This document shows positions 36,713 to 50,522 of a stretch of DNA of 64,000 nucleotides, piece after piece. The notes below the pieces were generated by a model. The model did not search any database. It was not told the origin of the DNA and was given only the letters and a program-made list of their open reading frames with translations. Made by a program: the position numbers and the translations under genes. The DNA comes from Owenia fusiformis (lineage: Eukaryota), in the NCBI GenBank assembly GCA_903813345.2, contig CAIIXF020000001.1:17422001-17486000 (forward strand), in the 5' to 3' direction. How positions within the stretch are numbered: the stretch's first letter is position 1; every line of letters begins with the position of its first letter.

Positions 36713-38692
36713 TGTTTTATGAGACACCACAACTGTAACTAAAGTATAGTAGAAAACTATTATTATCAGTCACTAACAATACCCGACCAAATCTAAAGTA
36801 GCAAGTAACTTTTACAAAATTCACATTATTATTTTGATGGATTATTAGCAGCTTAATTTTATCCACTAGGACGGTTTACAAAGAGGAAAATGGCAATTCT
36901 ATTATAGTAGCAAATCTAGATGAATGAATTCAATAAGCTTGAATAACCAATGCAAGATTAGTAAGCACTGTACGTTCACAAATGCTTTACACATCTTAAA
37001 ATCTCCATATACATGTATGTATGTTTAACCCTCATTGGTATACTATTTTGCAACTTACTTGGCACTTTTGGGATAACTCGGCTACCCCAGACCTAAATGT
37101 CGACTCACTCCTGTGTCACCTTTAAAACTCACTTTGAAATTCTTTTGAATAGATGAGAAGAATTTGATTTTGAAATTGTTAGTGCCGTGATATACAGGGT
37201 CTTCAAAAACTCAATTTTCGCGAATAATCGTAGTTGAGTAAAATGATAGAAAAGCAAATGATATTTAAGCAAATGATATTTATGATACTTTCCAATCTAG
37301 TAGTGACCAAAAGAATCTTAATACCTTACATTAAAACGTCTTAAGTCATCTTGAAGAACCACTGTTTTCAATAATAATATGGACAGGGTTCCTGGAAAAA
37401 GAAAAATTTCTAAACAATCCTATACTAGTCAGTATCAAGAGATGGTAACAGCCGTCATCTTCGATTTTAAGATGGTGGACGAAGTGTTGACTTCGATATT
37501 TCTAGTTTTCATCAAAAACATATACAAAGGCCGATCCAGAAGTTCTGATAAAAATGCTCTATCTTTCAACAAATGTTCTAAAATACTAGTATGAGACGCT
37601 TGGATCCCTTTCTTTAGGGCCGGCCCAAAGTCCAAACATTGTCCAGAAACGGCACTGTTTTCAGTTTTTCTGAAAATTCTGTCATGCAGATTCGTCAGTT
37701 TTAACAGAATCTGAAAATACTAATTACTATAGTATTCCAGGAACAGAATTCTCAGATCTACATTTTAAAGAAAATGAAAATTTTGCACATTCAAGAATCA
37801 TATTTTACATTTTGTTAAGAATCTGTTGAATCTGACAAATCTGATTTTTGGATTTTCAGAATTTACATTTCCTGTAAAAACTGACAGATCTGCTGATTAT
37901 GAAAATCAGAAACTGAGGGTTGCAGATTTCATATTTTCTGTAAAAACTGAATATTCTGTGTTCAGTTTCTACACATATTGATAAAAACAGAAATCAGGGC
38001 CATTTCTGGATATGAATGCCAGCACCTACATATCTAACTTGTTGCTGATAATATTGTAGATCATGACTGATTTGTGACATGATGTGTTGTCATCGTCAAA
38101 CATGTTTGAATCTTTGACTCTGTTTAATTGGTCGCTTTTTAAGAATTGATTTACGTAAATGAACTGAAAGCTTATTGTCTCATGTCTTGCCTAATGTATC
38201 ATGAAGCGTTCATGTTTTCTGTATTAAACAGGATTTATAACGATTTCACCCTTATGAGAAGAGGACATTAACAGCAGCTACTATTAAAACAGACTGCTTT
38301 GTAAAATAGCGTAGTCATCTTTTGGATGGTAACATTATAATATGAATTATATACGTATATATTTTTCTCTATATTGTTTTAGACAACATATCGGACACTT
38401 TTTTCGCTATTTGTATCCGATATGTTCGGAATGAAATGAAACATCTATCCGAACCTCATTGGAACAAAACGACATAAACACAACGTGTTTAGGTCTCTCA
38501 ATATTGTAATTGTACAAAGGAAAGTTTGGTTGATTTAAAAAAGTATCTTTTTCATGAAATATAAGGTTTATCTTAATTTTTATCCATTTTGGGGTGTTTT
38601 TGCGTACTTTTTATTAAATCAACCAAAATTTCCTTTGTAAAACTATAATATTGAGAGGTCTATGAAAATGTTGTGCTATTTTGTTCCAACAA

Positions 38693-41600
38693 GGAGCAAA
38701 GGTCATTCCGTGTCCTTTTTAGAGGCGAGCTAAGCGACATATATTTTCATGAACTATACTTGATACTTACCAAGAAAAATGATGTTGGCAATTCTGAATC
38801 TGCGACGGCGTTGCTATGGTAACCAAGTAAATATGCCACGCCCACTTTTAGGGTCTCTTCAGTGTATGGTCCCTATCTCTGTCATTATTGCTCAGATGTA
38901 GATGAGATTCACACCAAATGAAAGGTAATGGATAATGCAATCAGGAAATATTAAGTTGGCATTTCTGAATCCGATATGGCGTTGCTATGGTAACAAAGTA
39001 AATATGCCACGCCCACTTTTCGGAGCTATTTTCAGTGTTTGGCCCCTAACTTTGTCATTATTGCACAGATTTAGATGAAATTTGCACCAAATTAAAGGTA
39101 ATAGATAGAGCAATCAAACAATGTTTAAAACATGCAAATATGGTGATTTGCATTTCAACTATGACGTCATAACTGTTTGTTCTTGGATATTTTATTTTAA
39201 TCATAATGTATAAATCTGGGAAATCATTGTCTTTAAAATGGTCAGTATAATGCTTTTATCTAGTTTAGTTTATTTCTTTTAGTTGAGTTTATTAGTTTAT
39301 TTCATTTATACATGTATGATCATTAAAATTGAATAAATATAATGAAAGTGTCCAATTCACACTGTTGCTTTGGTGACAGCATGTAACAAAACTATCTGCT
39401 ATAAACAAGAATTCTTTAGGAAATGTTACATTTTGACCAGTTGACTGACATGTATTCTTTTTAAAATTTGGTGACAGAAAATAATCTAACAACCATAATA
39501 ATTAAATTTGGATTGTGTTATATTATGATGTCATAATGGCAATTTTGAATCAGGGGCGCAGCCAGCTTTCAGTCAGAAGGGGCCTGCGATCGTGGCGGAG
39601 GCAACCCAAAAGTATTTATAAGATAGGTTTTGAATATTACAAAAATTGATGCAACTTCCTTCAAAATTTAGCAAAAAGCTTCAACTTAAAAGTCTTCTTT
39701 TATCCAATGGTTCTATTTTTATTGGTTATTCGAACATGACTGTATTCACGCCTTCTATAAACTGTAAACAAAGTCAATGCTTCAGCTGGGTTATATTCGA
39801 GAACACTCACCCAGTTAATACGTGTAATGTGTGACGTCATAACGGTGGGTCGTAGTAATGGCGGACCATGATGAATATTCGAAACAATTTTGTGAGTTTT
39901 CGTGTTCGAATCGTAATATAGACCTCAGAGCAGGGTTACTAGTTTCGAATAACACCCAGCTGGTCTCGGCACAAAAGCTTTCGAACCCCTCACTCCCTTC
40001 GGTCGTTCGGGGTACAGAAAACGTTTGTGCCGAGACCAGCTGGGTGTTATTCGAAACTAGAAACCCTGCTCTTTGGTCTATATTTCTTAATTAGTGGGTG
40101 GGTGAACCCAGCGCACCCCCATCCCCCTAAGCACTACCTCTGTTAATCCAATATGATGTTGCTATGGTAACCATTAGGTGAATATGCTAGGTGAATCAGA
40201 CAATACATGAATAATGTAGATTGGCTGACTGACATTCTAAGTACCTGATATGGTATCATAGCTGCTTTTTGTGATTATTTCTTGAAATAAGGTAAAATTG
40301 CTCAAAATGGTTCCAGATTGGAACCTTGTCCTTTAACTTTCACCATAAAATGAGGCCAAAGCTGAAAACTATAATTGATTCCATTTCTTTACAAGTACGA
40401 GGGGCGTTTGAAAAGTTCGTTTCTTTTTGCTCGAATTCTTTTATGAAACTTTCAGCATATGTGCCATATACATATATCTTGAGTTTACATCAATATAAAT
40501 ATAATTCCTCATAAGGAAGTGAACTTTTGGTTGCCATGGCAACAGCGAGACTTGGTTACGTGGAGCACCTTAAAAATTCAATGAATGAAACAATGCATTC
40601 AATGAAAAAAACTTAATACGTTTTTTGAAAATAACAGTTATTTGTTTAAAATGTGTTGTCATAGCAAAAAGTTAGTGGTATAATAGTGTTCTACAGTTGA
40701 ATGGATTCACTGTGCTGTCAGTGTGATGTCATAATCCTCCGTCAAAACAGACTCACTTTATTCACTAAAATTTGGGTGGAGCAGGTGTTTCCAAACAGTG
40801 GAGCGAAATGGTGAATGAACTTATCAAAGAGCAGAGACCTTGCATTAAAATCTGTGTAAAACAAGGAAAAGACTGTAAGAACATGAACAGCAACATATGA
40901 AGACACCTGTTGTTCCTTTCCCATGATAAGAAGCTGGTTCAACAAGTTCAAGAAAGGCATCTCAACCAGCGAGGATGGGCCAAGAAGCGGGTGAAAAAGG
41001 ACAGCAATATTAAAATAAAATATTGGCTTAGTGAAGACAATAATTGAACAGGAAAATGCCTATATGGATTGTGTACGGAGGTTTCGAAAGTGCATTCTAT
41101 TGGGGGAGAATACTTCGAAGGAGATATAGAGCCCTGGCTTAGGCCAACTGGCTTAATGTTGTGGCAATGATAAGTCCATGGACTGCACATTATGGTTGGA
41201 TACATTGATTGTGACGTAAAAGTATCCACATTCAAACTGCTCCGCGATATCGAGACAAGTATATTTCAAACGGATGTAAAACTGTGGCTATAATATGTTG
41301 CACGCTATAATTTTCACAGCTTAATAATAAATATTCAAACTACACATCCTAGAAGTTTTGTCTTGTTCTGATCATTCCTCGTATTTTTTAGAGCAAAAAG
41401 AAAGGAACTTTTCAAATGCCCCTCGTATGAAGTATGGAAGCCCCTGATTTCAGATATGTTTTGGTTTTGAAATCCGACATCCGACCATTCGGTTCAAAAT
41501 TGATACAGTTGTGTCTACATGACCTAAAAAGATGAAATAGGCTAAAGTATTGACCAATACCATGAAATGATTTTTTTATATGTAAATTGACATTGAACAT

Positions 41601-44600
41601 ATTTTTCGGATTTCAAAACCATTAGCAGCTATTAATGCGACGATGGGTATGCCAGTCAGTCAATCGACATAATCCATGCATTGTCTGAATCTTTAGCTTC
41701 AATTTAGTGAATATTTCTCAAGCTGTAATCATGACAAAGATAGAAGCAAAACTTTGGAAAAGCCCTGAACAGTGGAAATGGCATATTCACCTAGTTACCA
41801 TAGGAAGATCATATTGGATTAACATAGGCATTGCCAGGGGTGCGATGGGTACGCCCCCATAAACAAAAAAAATAGAACCATTAAATAGAAGAAGAGCTTT
41901 AAAATCATTTTGACTTGAAGCTTCTAGCTCAATTTTGAAGGGAGTTGCATCAATTTTTGTAAAATTCAAAACAAATCTTAAAAACATTTTTGGGTTGCTT
42001 ATGCCACGATCGCAACACCCCCCCCCCCCCCTCTCCTGACTGAACGCTGGCTGCACCCCTGATTAATAATTGCCATTATGGCATCATAATATAACATAAT
42101 TTAAATTAAATAGTTTTCTATAGTTATAATATTATTTTCTGTCATCATATTTTAAAAAGAATACATGTGTCAGTCAACTAGTCATAATGTAAAATTTCCT
42201 AAAGAATTATTTTTACATCAGATAGTTTTGCTATGTGCTGTAACCATAGCAACAGCATAAACTGGAGATTACATATTTATATTTATTCAGTTTTTATGAC
42301 CATACAAGTTTGAATGAAATAAAATTATAAACTCAACTAAAAGAAATAAACTAATTAACTAGTTAAAAGCATTGCTGACTATTTTAAAGACAATAATTTC
42401 ACAGATTAATATATCAAAATTAAGATAAAATATGCAAGAACAAACAGTTATGACGACCGTTATAATCAATTTGCAAATCAATTTGCATAGTTTACTGACT
42501 GTATGATTGCTCTATCTATTACCTTTAATTTGGTGCAAATTTCATCTAAATCTGAGCAATAATGAAGAAGATAAGGGCGAAACATTGAAAAGAGCCCCTA
42601 AAAGTGGATTGGGCATATTCACTTTGTTACCATAGCAACGCCATCCTTGGGAATTCCACGACGTCATTTCAATTGTTCTTTCGTGCCAAGTCGCGTAGTA
42701 ATCTATGGTGATCAATCCACTGATTTTTGACGCGAAATTCATCCCGAGTCAATCACTTGTTTTAAACTTAATGTAACTTTTCCATTTTTTACCAGAGATA
42801 TATGAAAAATATATGAGAAGAAAGTTACAACAAAATAAAAATGTCTGTTGACAATTTTGAGCACCTGCCTGGAACACATGTTGCGGACTATATTCTCTTA
42901 GCGCGGATGTTCAAAAGTACAAGTTGAAGCACCGCAACAATGGGTGGAATTCCTGATTGCATTTTCTATTACCTTCAATTTGGTCAGAATTTCATCAAAA
43001 TCTGAGCAATAATGGTGGAGAGGGGGGCCAAACACTTAAAAGAGCCCCTAAAAATGGGCATGGCATATTTACTTGGTTACCATAGCAACAGCATCGCAGA
43101 TTCAGAATTGCCCATAATATTTATTGATCATACTTTATACATGTAAAGAAATAGAATGAAAATCAATCATAGTTTTCAGCTTTGACCTACTTTTATTGTG
43201 AATGTCAAAGGACAAGGTACAATTTTGGAATCATCTTGAGCAATTTTACCTTATTTCAAGAAAATAATCACGATAACAGCTATGATAGTAGAGTAGTATA
43301 GTCTATATATGTATAGATAGTGTAGTATAGTCATACCATAACAGGTATGCCAGTCTGTCAATCTACATTCCCAATGCATTGTCTGATTCTTTAGTTTCCA
43401 TTTGATGAAAATTTCATATACACCAGAGCTATCATCATGACAACTGATAGAATCAAAACTTTGGAAAAGAAAAAATTTGGGACGGCATATTCACCTGAAT
43501 ACCATAGCTAACATAGGCATAGCCAGGGGATGTGATGGGGTCACCCCAGTCCCCCCTCCCATTAACCAATAAAAACAGAACTATTACAGAGAAGAAGAGA
43601 TTTAAAATGCTTTTGACTTGAAGCTTCTAGCTCAATTTTGAAGGAATTTTTGTAAGTTTAAGACACATTAAACATTTTTTGAGTTGCTTATGCCGAGATC
43701 ACACCCCCCCCCCTGATTGAAAGCTGGCTGCGCCCCTGATTAATAATTGCCATTATGACATCATAATATAACACAATTTAAATTAGATAAGTTTCTATCG
43801 TTATTAGGTTATCCTCTGCCATCAAATTTTAGAAGGAATACATGTCAGTCAACTGGTCAAAGTGTAACATTTCCCAAATAATTTTTTTAAAGCAGATAGT
43901 TTTGCAACATACTGTTACCATAGCAACAACTTTAATTGGATATATTCATTACATTCTTTCAAATTTTTATGACCATACATGTATGAATGAAATAAACTAA
44001 TAAGCTCAATGAAAATAAATAAACTAATTACTTACTTAAAAGCATTACTGACCATTTAAAAGACAATAATTTCCCAGATTTATACATCATGATTAAAATA
44101 AAATGTAGAAGAACAAATGGTTATGACGTCATAATTAATATGCAAATTACCTTATTTGCATATTTCTTAAATTGTGTGATTTCCCTTTCCATTACCTTTC
44201 ATTTGGTACAAATTTCACCTAAATCTGAGCAATATTGACGAAGATAGGGACCAAACACTGAAAAGAGCCCTTAAAAGTGGGTATGGGATATTCACTTTGT
44301 TACCATAGCAACGCCATATCGGATTCAGAATTGCCCACTTAATATTTCCTGATTGCATTATCCATTACCTTCCATTTGGTGTGAATTTCATCTAAATCTG
44401 AGCAATAATGACAGAGGTAGGTGCCATACACTGAAAAGAGCCCCTAAAAGTGGGCGTGGCATATTTACTTGGTTACCATAGCAACGCCGTCGCGGATTCA
44501 GAATTGCCAACATCATTTTTCTTGATCAGTATCACGTATAGTTCATAAAAACATATGTCGCTTAGCTCGCCTCTAAAAAGGACACGGAACCTCATATTTG

Positions 44601-44612
44601 GACTTTTGCTCC
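38693..44612. mobile_element. About 5.9-kb foldback element with very long inverted arms
   Basis: ggagcaaa...tttgctcc ends; about 38704-40320 mirrors 43220-44590; extra copy of the right arm at about 41620-42640; interrupts a repeat seen uninterrupted (inverted) at 27950-28360. Confidence 0.8.
40396..41427 (+). mobile_element. Degenerate mariner element nested in the foldback
   Basis: tacgaggggcgtttgaaaagttc ... gaacttttcaaatgcccctcgta; decayed KCI...GEYFEG C-terminal motif near 41090-41125. Confidence 0.85.
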
Positions 44613-44923
44613 CACATTTTATTTCATTCTCAAGAATTGGTAAAAAGGAACAAAAGCAATTGCACTAAAAAAAAGGTTTTTAACTAAAACAGTTAAGTTT
44701 AAGAGAAAAACATTGTTGAATTCAGTTCACCATATCGATACCTATCCTTTTAAACTCCACAAATTTTACCCTGTCCCGCTATAGCATTATTGAGGATACC
44801 ATAGCAACCATTACTTCAGAAACATTCATTACCATCATCTAAATTGTTTATATCTTATGAGGGAATAAATGACCCAGTTACTCTGAAAATATTGTGGAAA
44901 ACGAATGATAAAGTTTTAAGTTA

Positions 44924-45382
44924 CACCCCAGTCACATTTGTCGCACGGCGGCCGCAAGTCGACCGCAGATCAATTAAATCGGTGAATTTCTGCGGCGAGC
45001 GTAGAAAAACTACGCTCGCCTTGCGGCCTCCGTACGGCGTATGCAGATTTTTACAGGCCGCAGGGAAGGCGTAGAAATTATAACTCGGAGTTATAATAGT
45101 TGTTCATTTCTGAGGTCCCCGTAGAAATCAACTGGCTCAACAAGATTGAATCATTATTTGTCAATGTTTCACGATCACTTTCCATTTGATATTACATCCT
45201 AGCACTATGAATAACATTTATAAATTGTCCCGATGTAAATAAAATGAAAAAAGTATGCGGCTGCCGTGGGAAATGTGACTGCAAAAGTATGAGAGCGCAG
45301 AAATTCCACGGCGAGCGTAGAAATGTTACTGGCCGCAAAATTGATAGACCGCAAGGTCGCCGTAGGAAATGTGACTGGGGTG
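44924..45382. mobile_element. MITE with CACCCCAGTCACATTT TIRs and TTA target duplication (PIF/Harbinger-like TSD)
   Basis: tta|caccccagtcacatttgtcg ... aaatgtgactggggtg|tta; further copies at 47497-47755, 49876-50035 and 50036-50522. Confidence 0.88.
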
Positions 45383-45935
45383 TTAGAGCATCTTTATCAA
45401 AACTTCCGGATCGGCCCTTGTTAATAGATTAAAAATATGTCGACAAAGATTGAGTCACTTTGAGCATAACATTTATTTATATAATTTCTGTTCAATTGAA
45501 AAATTGCTGTTTAACAAATGAGTATGTTAATTGCGTCATGTTTAGCATTGTTTTTATATATGAGGCTGGCCACATGAAAACCGGTCACAAAAATGAAAAA
45601 TTGTGCCATAGAGCTAAAAATGCGTCCAAGGTTTAAAAGAAAGGGTGTTAATTCAAATTCGACTATTTCTTCTTTACATGCATGGCTCATTTGAAAGGTC
45701 TCTGTGCTTTTTAAGATAAACAAAATATCAGAATATTGAAAAATCTGCAGGCTTATTAGACCCCTTTTCCCGTGGCCTGGCTCATACATATCTTGTATGT
45801 TGTGTTAATATAGGAGAACATGAATTCAATATTATCACCATCAAAATATTAATCATTAATCTGAAATACAATGTTTTTTAAGTTGCAGTCTGCTATTGAA
45901 TATAAATAAAAAATTTCATTTCTATGTAATGCCAA

Positions 45936-46958
45936 TTATAATCCCAAAAATTCAATAACTCTGGCACAATCTTTGATACTATGAACCATGTGTATTTCTT
46001 CCTCGGTCAAACCAGCCTTCCATTTGTTTGGGACCTTTTTTGAATTGCGTTTAGTGCCGAAAGGACTAGGGTCACGTCCTGACAATGTATTTTTCTTTAT
46101 CCAATCAGCAACTTCATCATGAAATGGAATATTAATAAACTCATACAACTCCTTTGCATTTCCTAATGGATCATGAGCAATGTGTTCATACTGAATCAGT
46201 TTTATCAATGGCATATTATGTAATTGAGATGCTGATTTTCTGGTGAGCCGCTGTATGAATTCATAATTTGCTACGTCTTTCTCGCACAAAATGGTCATGT
46301 CTCGAATTTTGTCAGTCACATTCATATATGTATACGGAAAATATTTCCTCGAATTTAGTACACCCCTAGGATCTCTGATCAAGAAGAACAACGCAGTGTC
46401 ACTGCCTAGAACACCAGCAACACGCTCTAATGACTCTGCACGGATTACTTTTATCGCCACTATCTTTTTACTGGCACAAAGGTGTGGAATACTTTCAAAG
46501 TCATCAATACCACGAAAAGTTACATTCCATTTGAACTGTTTATGATTTTTGATCATTGACAGAAAATCATTGTTTTCAAAATCACAATCCAATATGTCTT
46601 TTATGTATGCATTTTGTATTATTATATTGTCTTTGGGATGATCACAGTGTTTTGAGCAGGCACAAGCACGCAGTGGCTCATACATGTAAAACACATCTGG
46701 ATGCTGCGAAAATAATTCAGAGACGAAAGTTGATCCACTTCTCCAATATGTGAGAATTACGATTTTTGTTATATTCCTACGATTTGTTGATTTGTTGAAC
46801 TTCGCCAAACCTTTAGTATCCGAGTTACCAGCAATGGTAAATGTTGAATATATTTTTGGTGTTCGCCTAGTGTTATGTATTACAAAAATTATAAATATAA
46901 CATTAGTAAAAAGTGCTAGAGAGATTAATCCAAAGTGTCTTTCCTTCCCTCTACCCAT
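45936..46958 (-). CDS. Carbohydrate sulfotransferase, CHST1/3/4/5/6-like, copy 3 (340 aa from first in-frame ATG)
   Basis: TM helix, YWRSGSTFVSELFSQHPDVFYMYEPL, LIRDPRGVLNSR; intact ORF. Confidence 0.9.
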   Translation of the reverse strand: MGRGKERHFGLISLALFTNVIFIIFVIHNTRRTPKIYSTFTIAGNSDTKGLAKFNKSTNRRNITKIVILTYWRSGSTFVSELFSQHPDVFYMYEPLRACACSKHCDHPKDNIIIQNAYIKDILDCDFENNDFLSMIKNHKQFKWNVTFRGIDDFESIPHLCASKKIVAIKVIRAESLERVAGVLGSDTALFFLIRDPRGVLNSRKYFPYTYMNVTDKIRDMTILCEKDVANYEFIQRLTRKSASQLHNMPLIKLIQYEHIAHDPLGNAKELYEFINIPFHDEVADWIKKNTLSGRDPSPFGTKRNSKKVPNKWKAGLTEEEIHMVHSIKDCARVIEFLGL

Positions 46959-47814
46959 TGTTCCATGAGACACTACAGCTGAGTACTGAATTTAACTTTG
47001 TTAAATCAGTGTTTGTAAGTAATAACCTCTACCGTCTTCTGTTATGTCAACTAATACCCTGAAATTAACCTGCAGTGTAACAGCTTTATTTTATTAACAC
47101 TCACTAGCAATACTTGAGCAAATCAGATCTGACAAGCAACTTTTATCAAAACTGTTTCGACTCTAGAATATTTCTTGCTCATATCATATGTAATCCATGT
47201 TTGTGTATTTTCTAAAAATTCCTTGGTCAGTCATACTTTACGCATGTGTTCATAAAAGATGAAATTCATGTTTTATTATTTGGATGGATAATTTGAAACT
47301 AAACTTTATTCAATAAGCCTTTTCAAACAGGGAAATGGTAATTCTATAGAAATCCAGAATAAAATAAGTAAACATATCCAATGCTAGATTACACTGTGTA
47401 TAACCCAAATGCTGTTACTTTTATTAGTAACGGCAAAACAGTCCTAATTTACGTTGCCATACTAGTCAATGGGCAAAAGGGCAAAACGCCTGACTTTTTC
47501 TGCGACCAGTAGCTTTTCAACGCTCGCCGTAGAATTTCTGCGCTCACATACTTTTGCAGTCACATTTCCCACGACAGCCGCACGGTGAATTTTAAAGTTC
47601 TGTTGATAAATAACACTTTTTTCATTTTATTTACATCAGGACAATTTATAAATGTTATTCATAGTGCTAGGATGTAATATCAAATGAAAAGTGATCGTGA
47701 AACATTGACAAATAATGATTCAATCTTGTTGAGCCAGTTGATTTCTACGGGGACCAAGGGAATCAAGGGAAGAGTAGATGGTAAATGTCACATTGTGACA
47801 TACCGATTGTTGAA

Positions 47815-48154
47815 TACTGTAGATTGGGTTAATTTGGCGCTACTTAATTTGGCGATTTTGCCATTTTTGGCATATTGGCGGCTATTTAATTTGGCGGATA
47901 AGCACTGGCGATATTCACCACGGTTGTACATTTTGTGAGATCATCCTTTACATTTTGCCCCTCGATCGATTCTGCTACTATTCAGCGCTTTTCCTTTCTA
48001 GTTTTCCCCGAGTATTAAATACACTGGACGAAATACCCTAGATGATTCCCGGGGATTCATTCTAAATTTTGGCGAAGATTTATATTGGCGAATTTTTCAA
48101 TATCGCCAAATTCGCCAAATTAAAGCGGGCGCCAAATTAACCCAATCTACAGTA
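47815..48154. mobile_element. Internally deleted copy of the 4766-5261 MITE
   Basis: Same TIRs; the empty site in the inverted duplicate near 50950 shows a TA duplication. Confidence 0.9.
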
Positions 48155-48508
48155 TAGTGTTCGTTGTGATTTGCTACTCCGTGAAGTTCCCGTTTTCTAT
48201 TGTGAATTTTGACTTTCCAGAAACAGAAAACTGTTGATCAAATTAGGCGATGACATCCCGTGATATATATATTCTTAATTGGTATAAAAGGGGGTTCTAA
48301 TCGTTCATATTTCAATTGTAAATCGGTGCATATTGCTTGTTGAAAAACATGAATATGAGATGAGAATCAGAATGTTATAATAAGTCAGTTTAATTCTGCA
48401 AACTTTATTTATGTTATAGATTCATGTTGCGCATTCATCCAATGGCCTGGAAACAACACATAGGGGGATTACATCATCCACAATGCATTGCGTACGTTAA
48501 ATCATAAT

Positions 48509-49808
48509 GGAGAGGTTAAGCAAATACGGTTTTTCAAAACGTTTACGTAAACGCAAAGTACATTGAATCAACATAGGATTGTATCGCTTTAGTCTACTTC
48601 AGATACCCGTTCAACTTCAAAGTTGCGTATTTAGAACGGGAGATTTTAAATTTCACGTTGCTATCAACGGGAATCATTATACTCATGTCTGTTGAATACT
48701 ATCCTTGCAATTTTGATTTCGATGCAGAGTATAATTCTTTCTGAAGAAGATGATGTATGTTACGCATGATTTAACTCCAATAATCTTACGAAACGAGCTC
48801 GTTTAAAATATGTATTAGAAAACCAGCTATTGAACTTCATCAATGGCATACTATGTAATCATTACAAGTTATGGTGTAGTCTAACCCCCCTATCACACCA
48901 AACTAGTTCTTACCCGTTCTTGCCAGTCCTACGAAAACGTCGTCAAACGGGCTCAATCTGGCTGTGGTCGGGAAATATGTCAGAAATAATTAGCTTCTTT
49001 GTTCTTAAACAGTCTTCAATACGTCCATCTCGTTCGCAGTTCGTTCAGGTCGCACCACGTCGGAGTGCTACGTCGTAGAACGCGTCCCTTAGTCTAGTAG
49101 GTCAACATGACCTGATTACAGAACGGTATGGTCGTCATCGAATTTTGAATCGATTCAAAATTCTAAAATCACATTCCCGTCTGAGAACGTTCATAAAGTT
49201 CGTAAATAGACCTTAGAAAGTTGCAGCTACGTTCATTCCGTTCGCACACAGTTTAAAACCAGTTTTGAAGAACGCAGTGGCAACTTGTTTGGTGTGATAG
49301 CTATATTTTTGCTAACTCGTTCATAAGCAGTGTTAAATACGTTCTTAATCAGTTTAAACCCGTTTGCAATTAGTTCTACCTCGTTCTCAACACGTCCGCA
49401 GACAGTTCAACTCGTTGTTAAAACGTCCCTAGTAGGATTGAAGTACGACGGTTCCGTTCGTAGTACGTCCAGCTCGTCGTTAGTACGTTGTCACCCGTTC
49501 TAATTGTAGAACGTGACGACCACGAGAACATTTTGAGCATTGTCTAAGTTCTAGAGGACCTACCCGTTCGAGTACGTTCGATGAAGTTTGTAAATAGATC
49601 CCAAACGGTTCTTAGTAGGTCCAGTCCGTTCGTATACAGTTCTAGCCCGTTTTCGAGAACGCAGTGAGAACTAGTTTGGTGTGATAGTAGGGTTAACAAA
49701 CACTAGAGCTGAACGGCTATTTATGTGTGAACTCTACATGTATTTGTATAGGGGCGATTGATACGTTTAAGTTGCGTTTTGGATTTTATACGGTAGCTTA
49801 ACTTCTCC
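48509..49808. mobile_element. Harbinger-like non-autonomous element with AAT TSD, containing a nested TIR element at 48884-49693
   Basis: aat|ggagaggttaagc ... gcttaacttctcc|aat; empty site near 50588; inner TIRs ctatcacaccaaactagttct / agaactagtttggtgtgatag. Confidence 0.85.
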
Positions 49809-50035
49809 AATATCTCAGTACTTGATCCCTGCTGGTGTACAACCCAAACGCTGCTATATTCACATCGGAGCCTTACAGCCCAGTCACATTTGTCGTACGG
49901 AGGGCATGCGTCGACCGCAGATCAATTAAATCAATGTATTTCTGCGGCGAGCGTAGAAAAACTACGCTCGCCTTGCGGTCTCCTTACGGCGTATCCAGTT
50001 TTTTACAGGGCGCAGGGTCACCGTAGAAATTATAA

Positions 50036-50522
50036 CACCCCAGTCACATTTCCCACGGCCGCCGTGCGGTCTATCATTTCTGCGGCCAGTAGCTTTTCTA
50101 CGCTCGCCGTAGAATTTCTGCGCTCTCATACTTTTGCAGTCACATTTCCCGCGGCAGCCGCACGGTGAATTTTAAATTTCTGTTGATAAATAATACTTTT
50201 TTCATTTTATTTACATCTGGACAATTTATAAATGTTATTCATAGTGCTAGGATGTAATATCAAATGAAAAGTGATCGTGAAACATTGACAAATTATGATT
50301 CAATCTTGTTGAGCCAGTTGATTTTTTACGGGGACCTCAGAAATGAACAAACATTATAACTCAGAGTTATAATTACGGCGATCCTGTGGCCTGTAAAAAA
50401 CTGGATACGCCGTACGGAGGCCGCAAGGCGAGCGTAGTTTTCTACGCTCGCCGCAGAAATACACTGATTTAATTGATCTGCGGTCGACGCACGCCCTCCG
50501 TACGACAAATGCGACTGGGGTG
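50036..50522. mobile_element. Full copy of the CACCCCAGTCAC MITE, opposite orientation to 44924-45382
   Basis: taa|caccccagtcacatttcc ... aaatgcgactggggtg|taa. Confidence 0.88.
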
